From positions 38,194,001 to 38,258,000 of the forward strand of contig NC_087437.1 in the NCBI RefSeq assembly GCF_036321535.1: DNA of 64,000 nucleotides. Direction: 5' to 3'. The stretch comes from Camelus dromedarius (Eukaryota). Position numbers and translations under genes: made by a program. The notes under the pieces were generated by a model. It worked only from the letters and a program-made list of their open reading frames with translations, was not told the origin of the DNA and made no database searches. Of this stretch, positions 11,890-25,257 are shown piece after piece (position 1 is the stretch's first letter; each line of letters starts with the position of its first letter).

Positions 11890-14735
11890 CTTATCTTTTT
11901 TTGATTAAAAAAAATGTCTCTAAGCTAAATACTGATATGGAGAAACTTCTTTATCTAATAAAAGTACCTTCAAAAAAAGCAAAGCAGGCATGCTTATTAG
12001 GGGATCTTTGAAAGCTTAGCTTTTGGTAACAGAACAAGGCCATTAATGCCTGTTAACCCAAGTTCTGTGCATCATACTGCAATTCCAGATGAACTGTATA
12101 AAAAACAGTAAAGTAATAAACAGTGTCAGGATTAAATTCTAGATGCACAGTGTAAAAAAGAGAAAAGTAGTAAATGGCGTCAGGGTTAAAAGTATAAAAC
12201 AAAGCCCTTATTATTGGCTAATACGATTATTACAAATATATCTTTCAAAGGAATTTATACACAAGTTATCACAATCAATAAGGGATTTGGAAAGTCAATT
12301 ACTATTTTAAACCTAATAAAAATCATTTTTAGTTCTAGATTATTGAAATGACCAGGAAAAGTAGAAAACTATGAAGTTGCTAGTAATAAATCTGACAAAT
12401 CATATAAGGATTTCTATGGAGAAACTGCATAACTTTATTGAGAGACATTAAAGAAGGCTAATATGTGGAGGGCCACCCCATATTCATCATATTCATGGAT
12501 TGCACTAATTAAATATAACACAGATGCCCATTATTTCTCATTTATCTTTCAGCTCAATTTAAATCAAAGTCTCATCAGATACGTGTGTATATGTGTGTAA
12601 ATAGCCAAATCTTTCTGGATGAAAAAGGAAAAGGTGGGGCTTGCTTTGCAAGAATCAACATATAAATAAATTGACAGAATAAAAACCTCAGAAGGCCCGC
12701 ACATATGTTAATTTGATATACAAGGATGTTATTTCTCAGATTAATGTATGAAATCTTTGCTTTAATACAGTGTTGGGAAAATGGAGTAGCTATATAGAAA
12801 AGCAGGAAATTGAACTACTATTCCCCATCATACAAAAAATGCAGATAAATTAAAGAATATAAAAGGAAAAATACTAAATTTTAGGACAAAAATATATTCT
12901 AAAATCTTGAAATAGGAAAAAATACATTAAATGAAACACTAAAAGTATAAACATTAAAATATATTTGTAAGTTTAACTACATTTTAAAAAAGAGTTCTGT
13001 TCATTAAATGACCCTAAAATGAGAGTGAAAAGACAAGCCACAAAATGGGAGAATATATTTGCAAGAACTATAATACAAAAAAGGAATTTCCTAAAATTAA
13101 TAAAAATACATTGAAAAAACACAAACACCAGAACATCAAACAATTTGGTAGGAATAGCATATCACAAAGAAAAATACAAATATCCAATAGAAATGAAGGT
13201 GTGTTAGCTCTAAGAGACAAGTGTACTAAAATCAGTTAGGTATTATTATACCCCTATATGTTGGCAAAAAGATTCGATTATGAAAATCCTAAGCATAAGA
13301 GTGGAGCAGCCAACAAGTACCTTCATACACTGGCTAAGGGAGTGACATTGGTCCCAGAACTTTGGGAAATGATTTGACATTGTGCAGTAAAGTGCAAGGT
13401 GCATGGACCCTGCAGGTCAGTAATTGCACTCTTAGGTACACACTTTAGAAAATTTCTTGTACTCGTGTACCAGGATCATGTACAAGACTGTTCACAGACA
13501 CATTGTTTATTATTGCTCAAATCTGACACAAATTGTAGGCGAACAGTAACATTTATAAATAAACTGTGGTAGATTATAAAAAGAAATAAAATACAGCAAT
13601 TAAAGACAGCTATAGGTAACATGTGTGAAACTCAAACAATCTTTAGTGAAAAAACAACATGCAATATAAGTAAATTTATATAAAGCTTGAAAAGAAACAG
13701 TATGTATACAAATTTATAAATGCATAAATTTGGAATTAAAAGCATGATATGATGACAATAGAAATCAGAGCACCTATTTCCTCTGGGAAGTATAGGGATT
13801 CACATTCACAAAAGGGCATTTGTGGGGTGTCTGCTGGGATGGCGATAATTTATTACTTGAAACAAGTAATCAATACATTGATGCTTGCTTTCATTATTCT
13901 GGAAACCCTCTGTCTATATTTTATTTATATCACATTAAAATTTGTGATAAGCCAAAATGAATTAAGAAAACATCTTAACTACTGACACTATAAGTCTCAT
14001 AGGCACACCATACTTACTATTCGTGAAAAAAATGATATAATCTTTTTTCTACTTTAGGTAATGCCTTTCTCTGGGTGAAATTTATGATGGAAGGAAACTG
14101 TAATGACTCTTTTTTATATTTTGTATCTAATTAAACAAGTAAAGCAAAACGAAACAAACTTGTACCTTAGGTTCTTGGGAAGAAAATTAAAACAATACAT
14201 TAAAAGCAGTAAGCTTGTTCACGAAGGTAAGTTCAGTTTTGTTTTGTACTTGTTTAGAGTAATGTAAACATTATCTCTGGAAACAAAGTTTTCCTATTTT
14301 ATTGATTAGTAAATTAACACTCCCATATTGAAATGCTAATGCTCATGATTTAAAACCAGTTGTAAAGTAAATGTTTTGTTGTGGTTGTTAAATTTTATGT
14401 AGTTGACGTTCAAATATAGTTAATACAATTTTACCAGTTTGGCATGGCCCATTTCACATGTTCATTTACTAGAATTGTCTTCTTACGTGATACTTGGTAG
14501 CAGTATGGGGCCTTCACAAAACGATGTAATCATAAACTTTAGGGAACTATTCTTTGCAGCAAGAAGCTTCCAATGTTTGAATAGTTTGGTATTTTTCTTT
14601 TTTAGTCAGTACTGTTCTCCAGACTATACAACAATCTTATTTCCCCATCTTCTTGTTTTTCCCTATCAAAAAAGTTTTTCACTATTTTAAATTATATTTT
14701 TATAAAGATTCCCAGGGAAAGTAGGTAATCATAAA

Positions 14736-14920
14736 ATAGAAGAAAGAGACAAAGAAGAAGGAGTAAAGTGAGATAAATGAGGAGGAGAAAAAAGAGAAAG
14801 AGAAGGAAGGAAGAAAGAAAATTAAGAAAGGAAGGAAGTAAATAATAAATGAGAAAGGAAGCAGAGAGCGGGGAGGTAGTAAGGGTGGGAGGAAGGAAAA
14901 GAGAGGGAGGGGAAAAAGTG
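14736..14920. repeat. GA-rich low-complexity tract
   Basis: Almost pure purine on the + strand. Confidence 0.9.
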
Positions 14921-16544
14921 TCTTGCATCAGAGTTACTCGTTACTTTCTGTAATTCAATGGAGGAAATTATTACCTCTAAGCTACTTAATAATGAAAACA
15001 GATTTGGAAATCTTCAAAAGGACTTCGGGTAAGAAATATCTGTCCTGTGAATTGACAAAATGTGACCAGTCAATAAGCATTAGAATGGCTTAAGTAGGAA
15101 ACATAAGTGAGAGAAACATTCAGAGTATTTCACTGCAGAAAAATAATGACAAAGGGGAAAAAAAAGATGGGCATATTTATTTGCTAATTTACTGATTGGT
15201 TCCAAGATACAAAACCTTGAGCTGAATGTGGGGGTGAGGGTGGAAATTAGTAATCCTTAAGGCTCTTGCTCTAAGCTCGTGTATGGAATGGACAAAGAAT
15301 TTGACAGCGATTTCTGATCATCTGCCTTTAAGAGACAGGCTTGAGTCAAAAATTTGAATGGAAATATTAGAGTAGGGAAAAACAATAAAATAATATTTAT
15401 TATATTTTAGTTAGTTTATTCAATTATTTTTATATCTATTATAGGTCCTCTGGACATAAAGACCCATAAGATCTTTCCCCTGGACCCAGGAAACTCACAG
15501 ACTGATCATCAAGATAGTCCAAAATTAAATAAAACTTCACTTAAAGTAGATGATGTAATCACACCAGAATCATAATCCAAAAGATTGACTCAAAACATTT
15601 TCAGGATGAAAAAGAACTTCATTTTTAACACAATTCTAGGACATTGCATTGAAGATTGAATACAGATTTCCTTTTGCAGTGAGTTGACCAGTTAGTCTCA
15701 ATTTCTGGACAGACTTTTGGAGAAACATTGGGATTTCAGATATAAGAAAATGCCTTCTTCTAGATCAGTATTTGAGCTATCATGACTTAAAAGTGTTGAG
15801 CCCCATTACTTATGCGGATTCATTGAGGATAATATGAATATGGTGTGAAGGAAAAACCGGGCTGGGCTAACAAGATAACTCACAAATCTAAGTATTGGAA
15901 TACTGATCTGAGCTCTGCTGGACTAACTTGTAAATCTAAGTTAATTAGTGTTGGTTTGCCATTCATGTTTTTGCTAGCCAGCTGGATTTTCAAAGATATA
16001 TATCTGGCTTTGGAATGTTGGTTTGCTGCCTCCCTGCCTCCACTTTTGTGTTAATGATGCTGCTAAAGCTGTTCCATGCCTATTGGCTGAATACCCCAAG
16101 CTTGTACTTTACCCTATAAAACCTCATGCACATTTTGGAGGTGCTCAGAGCTTCGGAGCAGAAGCCCCTCTGAGCCCCCCGACATAATACATCTGAGTAC
16201 TCCAACTCTCCGAGTGGGGCTTATTTCTTGGCTGGCCTGTCGTTTCCGTAACAATGGGAATAATGAAAAGGAAATTTCCCAAACATACAACTGAGACAAC
16301 AAAATTATAATTTGAACAAATTTCTTGTATAACATTACCACAATCCCAGAAACATAATTTATTATGATGATACCTAGGTGTATGCCACTTTTCCAACCTG
16401 AATATTCCTCCCTGTGATAAATTCAGCACACTTCAAGACCTTCTGGATGCAAAATCATTTCTCCTAAGAGATGGACTTCAGAGGTAGGATAACATCTTTG
16501 TCACGCACCCAGAAACAGTCTTTACAAATATTTTACATAAGTCT

Positions 16545-16790
16545 ACACAAAAATGCTAAGTATCACTACTACAGTTTGAGTGTAAAACTATTGACCTGTA
16601 AAAACATATCATCTCATATCTTTTATCATTTGAGGATGATAAAACTTATGACCTGGACATTATTATTCTAATATTGCTAAGAGAAAACCCAGGTTCAAGA
16701 GATTGTTGATTGATCTAACTACAATTAGTACAGCAGACAGTAACTAGCAGAACCATGACTGACTCCAGGCTTGCTGGAAAAGCCACACAG
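16545..16790 (-). mobile_element. MIR SINE
   Basis: cattattattctaatattgctaagagaaaacccaggttcaagaga...gcagaaccatgactgactccagg. Confidence 0.5.
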
Positions 16791-16894
16791 CATTATTTAG
16801 TCAGTGTTTGATCAAATTACACTTAATGAGCAAATATTGATCAATGTTCTCCTATATTCAAGGTGCTCTGTGTATGCTTATGTGTATACATGTG

Positions 16895-17000
16895 ACTCTT
16901 TTCCTAAAACGTGAGCTACTTGAAGTTCACATTCTTTTATTAATGACGCTACAGTTCCTAATGCAGGATTCTGCATATTCGATAAATGTTCATTAATTGA
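16895..17000 (+). mobile_element. L2 3' end
   Basis: ctaaaacgtgagctacttgaag...gataaatgttcattaattga. Confidence 0.5.
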
Positions 17001-18198
17001 AGATAACTTAACCACATTAAATTTATTTAATTTGTATTAATCTCCAAGTCTCATGTTACTGAGGATTTATTCTCACAAAATCATTGACTGAGAAGGTTTA
17101 AAAAAATCCACCACTACAAACACATTCATAATCTGTTCCTTAGCGGGGTGATATCTAAATTTCTGTATCATGATACATTATATTTTAGTCACCTTATTTA
17201 GATACTCTCTTCGATATTTTAATGAAGATATTTAATTATCATTCCAGGCTTAACTCGTTTTGATCATAATTTGTTAACTACTTTATGATATGTGTTTATG
17301 ACTAGCCATTTAAACAAAAATCAATATGGGTATTTTTAATTAAAAAGAATAATGCCTGTAAAAATATGATCTCTTAGCCATGGAAATGACATTTTATAGC
17401 AAACACTAAAAAAAAAAAATTACAGACTTAGGGACAGTTTTATACTGATTTTTCTCACTCATCAGGCTAAACTTCATTTGCAAAATTTGCAGCAGTTATT
17501 CTATTTTTATCCCAAAGCGGTCTGACTTAGTAATACAGTATTTTTTTAGTATTAAATTAATGAAAATTAGTATTTCTCTAATCATCATATAGTTTTGCCT
17601 CACATTTCTACATGCGGCTAAAGCACCATTGTTGTCGGTAAAAATGTAGCCTGTGGAAGAGAATCTGTTGCAGAGCCCGTTGCTCTGACCTTCACAGAAT
17701 GTTTGAGTAATAACTGTAAACTTCGGCAGGAAAGCTCAGGGGGGGAGGAGCGATGTTATCTACCCCATCTGTAAAAGTAAGGGAATGAATAAGATCCTTC
17801 ATCTTCGAAATTATTTTAGTTATATCAATTTGTTAATATTTTTCTTTCCTACTGAGTGTATATGTGCACCTGCATGTACTGTAAGAAGACAATCTTTTTT
17901 ACAAAGTATTGTTTCTAAGTGTCCTATTTTCATATGATGATAGAACAAATACTGAAGTCCATAAATAGTACACACTTAATTGTTCACATATTAGTAAGAC
18001 ATATTATTTAAGGGCTAATTGAAAATAATTGAATCACAGTTTACATTTAGAAGGATCATTTTGAATTTTCTAAATCTCAGAAGTTTGCACTTAGGATTTA
18101 TGAATGTGAATTGATTTTTTTTAAAAAAATTCTGACGATTAGAGTGTGTTTGCATGTTTATAAAGCAACAGTTATTTTTTCTCCCAGTTCAATGATTG

Positions 18199-18758
18199 TG
18201 TTACCCCAAAACCGGCCTCTGTACCCCAGTGGCCCAAACTGAGACTCGGAGGTAGTTTTGGGAGAATTAGAAAAAGCAGCTTTATTGCTTTACCAGGCAA
18301 AGGGGAGCCACAGCAGGCTCGTGCCTCAGAGACTGAATCCATCTTGGGGTTGGTGTCCTGCAGCTCCATAGAAAAACCAGATGGAACAGAAAGGTGACAA
18401 CAATCAGGGTGTTTTCTGGGATACTGTGTTCTTCCTAATCTTGATGAATCCACCTGGCGTCATGGAGAAACTCCGGGGGTCTGTTCATGCTTCTGAGGCT
18501 ATCAGCCCATGACCACCTTCCTGGAGCACAGCTTCTGGGTTAAAGGATAAGCTACTCTGGGTAAGGAATGTACAGGGAGTGGACAATGTAATGAAAAGGC
18601 TGGGGGCTGTTTAGCACAAAAGCAGTTGAGCAAGTGCAGCAGAGATGGGGGTTTGTCAGGGAAAAGAGAAAAGCAAGTTACAAGAATTTCAAATCGGAAT
18701 GAATCAGCAGACGGCTTTAGCATCAGGGAAGCCATTTTGTTAGTTTTCTACTTTTTCA
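18199..18758 (-). mobile_element. Intact 560-bp solo LTR, ERV1-type
   Basis: TG...CA termini; perfect 4-bp TSD 'attg' (18195-18198 and 18759-18762); AATAAA on the minus strand at 18281-18286. Confidence 0.9.
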
Positions 18759-20159
18759 ATTGCATGTTAAAAAAGGGTCAAAAATACAGGAAGATAAACT
18801 ACTGGGATTTGTTGAAAAATATCAGATTTGGTTTTGCAATCAAGATTATCTCTGTTTATACTATCTTTAAGAGAAAAGTTTGCCTTACCATGTTATAAAA
18901 ATTCAACAAATGGGATGATTCTAACATCTACTTGCATTGCATGTTAATTATTTGAATTTTTGTTAAATTTCAGTAATATTTCTATTTGAATATTATTTAC
19001 ATAAGGGCAAGACAATTCTTATTTTAATATTTTCAGAGGAAAAAAGGGAACAATTTCTAATTTCCATATTAATAACTAGAGAGAATTTAAGAGAGAAGGA
19101 GAAAAAGTGGAAGAAAAGAAAAACATGTTTTTGACTACAAGGGTGAATTATCTTCACTCACCTGAGGTCGGAGAGTTGTTTTTCCATCCCCACACCTCAG
19201 CAAAGGCAGGAAGATGGTAAATACTCAAGTATTCCTGAATTATTACATTAATGAGCAAATGAAGGCCATTCTCCTTACCTCTCTGCCAAAACTCTCGTGC
19301 TCACACTTCCCAATGAATAAAAATTAAAACAGGTTTCTTTAAAGTACAATCATCTTTCAGTTACTTGTTCAAAAGAGAGAGATGAAAGTCTTTTTTTTCT
19401 CTCTCAATTGGACCTCATCATGTATATTTTTCCTGCTTCTTATCTAGCAAACCAGCTATCTAGGATTTGCCTGCTTCCTTCCTAAATTGATTTAAGTAAG
19501 CCTTATGTAATTATACAGAGTTTAATAATACATCAAAAGCAAAGAGATATCAAAATTAGTATGAGAAGAAGAAAAGGGCGCACAGATGAAGGGTAAGTTT
19601 CTATGGATTTGCGAGAAAAGGTCAAAATTTAGTTCTGACCTGTATATTCAAAGCAAATAAGAATATCACCACACGTGTCAGTATAGAACACATTCTTATT
19701 GCTAAAAATAAGTGCAAAATTCCATGCTTCTGAGATCTGAGCAAAAGTTCTTCATGTGAGCCTCATTATTGGATGCTAAATGTGCCAATGACCAACGAGG
19801 GAGAATACTTTTAAAAAATTACATTTATTTGAGTATTTGTGGGGCAGCAATAATACAAAGGGCACTTCCCACATATAAGCATCTGCAAATCACTCATTTC
19901 TCATCACCTCAAGAATCTGAGTTGTTTTTTGACAGCCAATACAAGCGTAAATTGCTTTAGTTCCTTCTGTTGAAAATAATTTTCACATGCATCAATCAAG
20001 TTAAACCAACCTACAACCAGAGAGACAGATGAATGCAGACTGTGCATTATCGGAGTATATGGAAAAAAGAATATTTATGGAGTATTTATCATGTCAGATT
20101 TTTGTTAGGTTCTTTCACACATAAGAGGTATGTGGCAGTGTCAGTGAATAAAGAGGCAG

Positions 20160-20260
20160 AGCGTAGAAGTTATCAGGTGCCTGACTTTGGAGTTAAAGAT
20201 TCTTAATCTCAGGTCCCTCATCTGTGAGAAGAAGATAATAATATATTTCCCCAAAATACA
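20160..20260 (+). mobile_element. MIR fragment
   Basis: gactttggagtta...tctcaggtccctcatctgtgagaagaagataataat. Confidence 0.55.
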
Positions 20261-20699
20261 CATGTGGAAAATGTTACTCCCTTTCCCGTGTGCCTGACGT
20301 ACACGAAGATGAACTGAACCAGGCAGGACTGTGTTTGGTGGAAGAGCATGAGGGAGAACTTGGCGCCCCCTCAAGGATCTGAGCGGCACTTCAGTATCAG
20401 GGCCTCACAAGTGTGTCAGTTTTTCCAGACACTTAAAGTTCAGGAAAGAATTGAACTAATGGACTGAACCTTCTCTACTTTTGAAGCTGGAAGAGTGAGG
20501 GAGACCAGCAACAGACAGACATTTGCTGTGTACTTCCAGCGAGCACTGGATATTGTTAGATGGTCACTTGTATCTGACCCACTTAGCCTAGGAGTGCACC
20601 ATGGCAAATGTTTAGACGTTGAATCAGAGACTACACAAGAAGCTCACAAAAAGAATTACTAGCCTATCTGAGGACTTCGGCTACTAGGGAGGGATATGT

Positions 20700-21400
20700 T
20701 ATAACGAGAATACCCATCAAATGAAATGCAGCTGTTGAGGGAGTGATGAACAGATGTCATACAGCACACATGCAAGCACACACACTCACACACTAAGAAC
20801 CATGTATGATAAAAACAATATTCCCTGGAGCTTAAATATATGATTTTTAAACTAAAAATTAAGTACGGGTTAAGTACAGTGTAGATGAAATAAATGATAG
20901 GTAGATCCCTTCTGATGCTCAGATTAATGATCTGAAAAATCAAGGGCAAGAAAATTTCAAAGCACAAAGCAGAACATTATGGTGAAGTAATCATAAAGGA
21001 AACAAAAAGAAAACTTTGAAAGATAGATCTGAAAAAAGAAAATGGAACAGATGTGGGACAGGCAATAATTAAACAATTTTTAGAAGATTTCCCTTTAGTA
21101 GGAAAGATCTGAGACTGCGGATTGAAAGATGTCACTGTTACTCACAGTAAATTAATGAGAAAACACACAGAGATGACACATTCTGGTAAAACTGTTGAAC
21201 TCTAAATAAGAACATACAAAATATTATAAAATATTTTTCCAGGCAAAAAGATCAAAGATGAACAGCTGGCCTTGTTACTTCTGAAATGTACCACCAGAGC
21301 ATGACCACGGCGGGGTCCTCCATCCACCTATCCACATTATCAATCAGGGTGAAAGGAAGGTATGTGAGGGTATGCACAAACTCAAAAACTTAGCACATTT
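20700..21400 (+). mobile_element. HAL1 / old L1 ORF1-like fragment
   Basis: A-rich, with ORF1-type motifs cagattaatgatctgaaaa, gaaagatctgagactgcggattgaaag and cacattctggtaaaactgttgaac. Confidence 0.55.
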
Positions 21401-21460
21401 GAGAGATTGGAGAAATAGATAGAAAGCAAATGCTCATCTATATACAGCTACATAATAGTA

Positions 21461-21548
21461 AAGGACACACTGTGTGGGGATGTGTAGGAAGGGACACACT
21501 GTGTGGGGATGTGTAATAAAGGACACACTATGTAGGAATGTGTAATAA
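21461..21548. repeat. 29-bp minisatellite, 3 copies
   Basis: ggacacact(g/a)tgt... units start at 21463, 21492 and 21521. Confidence 0.95.
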
Positions 21549-21908
21549 TTTCTAAATAGGATTTTTGAGATTTCTTTTTTTTTTTTTTTTTGGCCAAAGG
21601 AGAAATACAGTCTAGGGGAATACAACCAGTACTAAAATGCCCCTGAACCTTGGACACGGGTTTGAGGGAAATGGAGTGTAGTAAAGGAGGTTGTAAAGTC
21701 TTATACTGCGGAGGCAAAAGTAGCAGAGAAATGTGGAGATATTTAAACACTGTGGTGGGAAAATAATGTATCTCAGTGAGAAAAAAAGTGTTTTCTCTTT
21801 ATAAATAGTATTTGTGTCTGATTAGGATTAATGAGAAAATGGAATGTTATATACTTGGTAAACAAAAATAAGGGGGAAGAACGTTACAATATTTTAAAAC
21901 GTATAACC

Positions 21909-22637
21909 CTTTGAAGACAGTTTGGCAGTTTCTTGGAAAACTAAACAAACTCTTACCATATCATCTAGCAATTTCACTTCTTGGGATTTCCCCAAACAAG
22001 TTGGAAGCATGTCTATGCAAGAACCTGCATGTAAATATTTGTAGCAGTCTTATTCATAGTCACAAAAACTTGGAAGCAACTCAGATATCCTTTAATGTAG
22101 GTGAATGCAGAAACAAACTGTGGTACATCTATACATTTATTCAACGATACAAAAAAAAAATAAAGAATTATTAAGCCACAAAAAGACATTGAAGGACTTT
22201 ATATATATGTTACTAGGTGAAAGAAGGCAATCTGAAAGGCTATGTACTGAAAAACTATAGGGACAGCAAAAAGACTGTGGTTTTGAGAGGCTCGGGGGAA
22301 GGAGAGAGGGGATGAACAAGTGGAGCACAAGGGATTTTTAGGATGATAAAAATTATTCTGTACAATACTTAATGGTGGTTACATGTCAGTACACATTTGT
22401 CGAAATTCATAGTATGTACAACCAACACAAAGAGTGAACTCTAATGCACAATATGGGCTTTAGTTAATAACAATGTACCAACATGGGCTTATCAATTATA
22501 ACAAATGTACCACCTAATACAAGATGTTAATAATAGGAAAAATTGGGGGTGAGAGGATATTTGGAAGTTCATTATACATTTTGCTTATTTTTCTGTAAAT
22601 CTAAAACTGATCAAAAATTAAAGTCTATTTATTAAAA
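21909..22637 (+). mobile_element. L1MC1/2-like 3' end
   Basis: ctttgaagacagtttggcagtttc...aaactgtggtacatc...aacaaatgtaccacc...gatgttaataatagg...ttttctgtaaatctaaaactg. Confidence 0.85.
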
Positions 22638-22919
22638 TAATTGATAATCAAATTAATGAAATAGAAAATAAAGTCAAAGGGTATCAGATAGTCACAACAT
22701 CTTACTAAAAACAACACTGTTAAACTGAGTTGAAATCTATTTTAATGATGTGTTTTTTTGATTTTAAAAAGTGACATGTTTTGTTATGTTAAATATTTTA
22801 ATTTTAAATTGGCAAATATTTTAGCAAGAAGTATTATGAAATAAAGAAGAAAAACTTTTAGTGTCTCAAATTCAAAACTTTATGCTGGGCATCGGTAATG
22901 CCTTTAGAAGCATCCTCGC

Positions 22920-23008
22920 TTTCCGTCTTTTTCCTTCCTCTCCTATTCCTCCTCTTTCTCCTCTTCCTTCTTTTCTTTCTGTTTCTCCTTGTCCTTCTCC
23001 TCTTCCCT
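22920..23008. repeat. CT-rich low-complexity tract
   Basis: Pyrimidine-rich; source of the spurious Arg/Lys-rich and Leu/Phe-rich ORFs. Confidence 0.9.
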
Positions 23009-23884
23009 GTAACCAATGTTTTCTTAGAACGCCATCCTGATCCATTTCTTAACGGTTTCCCTTTTCCAGAACTATTCAAACGCATTTCATTTCACCCTTT
23101 CTTTAACAACCATATACATTTGCATTTGTTTTATTTCAAAATTCTTTTTATATTGCATTCCTCTCATTTAAAAAATTTAGCTTTTTATTAGAGTATTCTT
23201 ATAGAAAAACCTATCTATTATCTATCCTTTTTTTAATTTTTTTTATTTCTAATTCACTGCCTGCCATAATTACACAATAAATTAATGGCTATATACTTTA
23301 AAGTATCGTAAAAGAAACTCAAATTTTGAAAAAAAAAAACCTCATCTCTACCTATGAATACATAGACATGTGTTTGGAGAGATAATATATGTACACGCAA
23401 AAGCAATTCAACACATAATAAATATGAGAAAGTTTTGTGTGGGAGATGATGATGTGGAGTATTTCAACTTAGTACACAGATAAAGAGTAAGAGTGAGCTA
23501 ATGCTTTTACATTTTTAAAAAATTATACATATTTTATCTCTGTGAAATATTGAGTCAGACACAGTTTGGAATCCTCCTACTCCAGATAACTTTGGCAAAT
23601 TACAAAATATTCTGAGTTTTCAATACTTCACTGGGATAATCGAGAATAAAAATTCTCTTATAATTTAGAATTATGTAAAATAATTTTTAGGGTGGATATG
23701 AATCTTAGGCAAGCTCAGACATTCATGAAATTTCGTATTTTATTATTTTAAAAAACCGATGTAAATCTGACTCTGAAGAATATTTTTGCTAAACTGGTAA
23801 CAAAATCCATTTCAGCCCTTGAGCTGTGAAACTCCACATCTCCTGTCCTTTTCCAACCTGCTGCAAGACAGTGTACAGCAACTC

Positions 23885-24650
23885 AGCCCTACATTTTTGA
23901 AGCCATACTGTTCAGGTTGAATCCTAGCTTGATCACTTCCAAAGTTTATGGATTTAAGCAAATATGTAAGCATCTCTAGCTCAGTTTCCTCATCTGAAAA
24001 CAGGGGTTATGATGGCATCTGCCTCTGAGGCAAACCACATGGCAACTGGGCAGCACTCACACCAAGTCTGATGCAATTAGGCTAATGGTGGAAGCTCAGG
24101 GAGACAGCGGCAGTGGCAGGTGTGCACGTCGCTTGTCCATCACCCTCTGTTGCTGCATGCAGAGGTGGTGCCAGGCCAGATGTTAGACTCTAGGAGATGG
24201 ACTCCAACCATTAGGCTCTGAGGCTTTTAAAATGAATGTTTTAAGAAGCACCATCCCCTGTCCCAAGGACGGTATGACATGACAAACAAGATTCCAGTTC
24301 AACATTCGGGGTTGGGAAACCACAAGCTCTCTTTCTGACATAATCTGAGGATGTGGGTCCAGAATTTGCCCTTGTGGCTTGTACAGCGTGGTGAAAGAGT
24401 GACCCGATTTGTCACTTAAGAACTCTACCGAGAATGCGATGTGAACACTTGGTGATGCCAGGTCCTGTTGAATTTTGTGTGAAGTCAACTCGCGGGATCT
24501 CAGTCTTGGACAAAGTAATCTTTATGTCTCGCTGCCATGGAAAGCTATTTTGAGGGTTAAATAAGTTATATGAGGGATAATGAGTTAATACTGAGTGCTT
24601 AGAATAGTCCCTGGCAAATATTAAGTCTATATAATTTCTAGCTAGTAGGA
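23885..24650 (+). mobile_element. MIR SINE split by a ~510-bp insertion
   Basis: The 5' half ends ctcagtttcctcatctgaaaacagggg...ctgcctc (24025). The 3' half resumes at ~24540 with tttgagggttaaataag...gtgcttagaatagtccctggca. Confidence 0.75.
24026..24537 (-). mobile_element. Putative ERVL-type solo LTR nested in MIR
   Basis: 512-bp GC-richer block bounded by TG...CA that interrupts the MIR; TATA-like tttaaaagcc on the minus strand; TSD unclear. Confidence 0.5.
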
Positions 24651-25238
24651 GCAGCAGCAGCAGTAACAGTAATTCCTGGCCCGAGAGCTATGCAAAAGAC
24701 CAGAGTCTTTTGCAACTACAAAAAAATGAAAAGAAAAAGAAAAACAAAACAATGGTGGCAGTGGGGTGGGGTGGGTGGGAATCCTCTGCTTAGTGCTTCA
24801 CCTCCGGGTCAGCCACACGGTCTTTTTAGGTCTGCAGACCTGGTTGTCCATGACACGTGTGGGGAGTGGGAGTCTTTGCTGGGGGCTTGCGTTCTATTTT
24901 GAAGCTTTTGGCTCTCCTTTCTGGGGTCACGCCAGCTCCCTGCAGTGCTCCCATGAAAAACTAAGTTGTCCCTTGAAAATCTGGACATTCTAAACACTAG
25001 ATTCTGTCCATGTGGAGGTTTTTCCTTCTTTCTGCTACTCTTGAAAGCATTACTTTCTACCTTTCCCACAAGACACTTATCATCAATAAAATAATCATTG
25101 GACTTTGTAGGAGAAGACAAGAAGCAGCACAATTTCTACTCTTCAGACTGGTTTTCCTTTTTCTTCTCTTTTTTAACCCTGAAAAAGAAATCACTGCTGC
25201 AAGAATCAATGAAGGGTTAGCTACCAATTAATAAAAAA

Positions 25239-25257
25239 TGTGTGTGTGTGTGTGTGT
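25239..25257. repeat. (TG)n microsatellite
   Basis: Directly visible. Confidence 0.9.

Larger units (their letters stand above)
9760..13970 (+). mobile_element. Long decayed L1ME element (ORF2 through 3'UTR) with nested insertions
   Basis: Collinear L1 landmarks: gaaaggttgaaagt (~9850), atgggcaaagaagaaatta (~10510), catagatgcaaaaaa (~11380), gagagtgaaaagacaagccacaaaatgggagaatatatttgca (~13021), aaataaactgtggtagatt (~13557), then an L1ME-type 3'UTR. No intact ORF. Confidence 0.75.

Noticed and set aside
14958..15034. ATG-initiated mini-exon ending at gtaaga (MEEIITSKLLNN...)
   Set aside because: Weak Kozak context, no promoter features, no recognisable protein or partner exon.
21461..21548. 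CRISPR-like array
   Set aside because: Head-to-tail units without unique spacers, mammalian context, no cas genes.
22858..23191. Protamine-like Arg/Lys-rich ORF and opposite hydrophobic ORF
   Set aside because: Both are translations of a CT-rich low-complexity tract.
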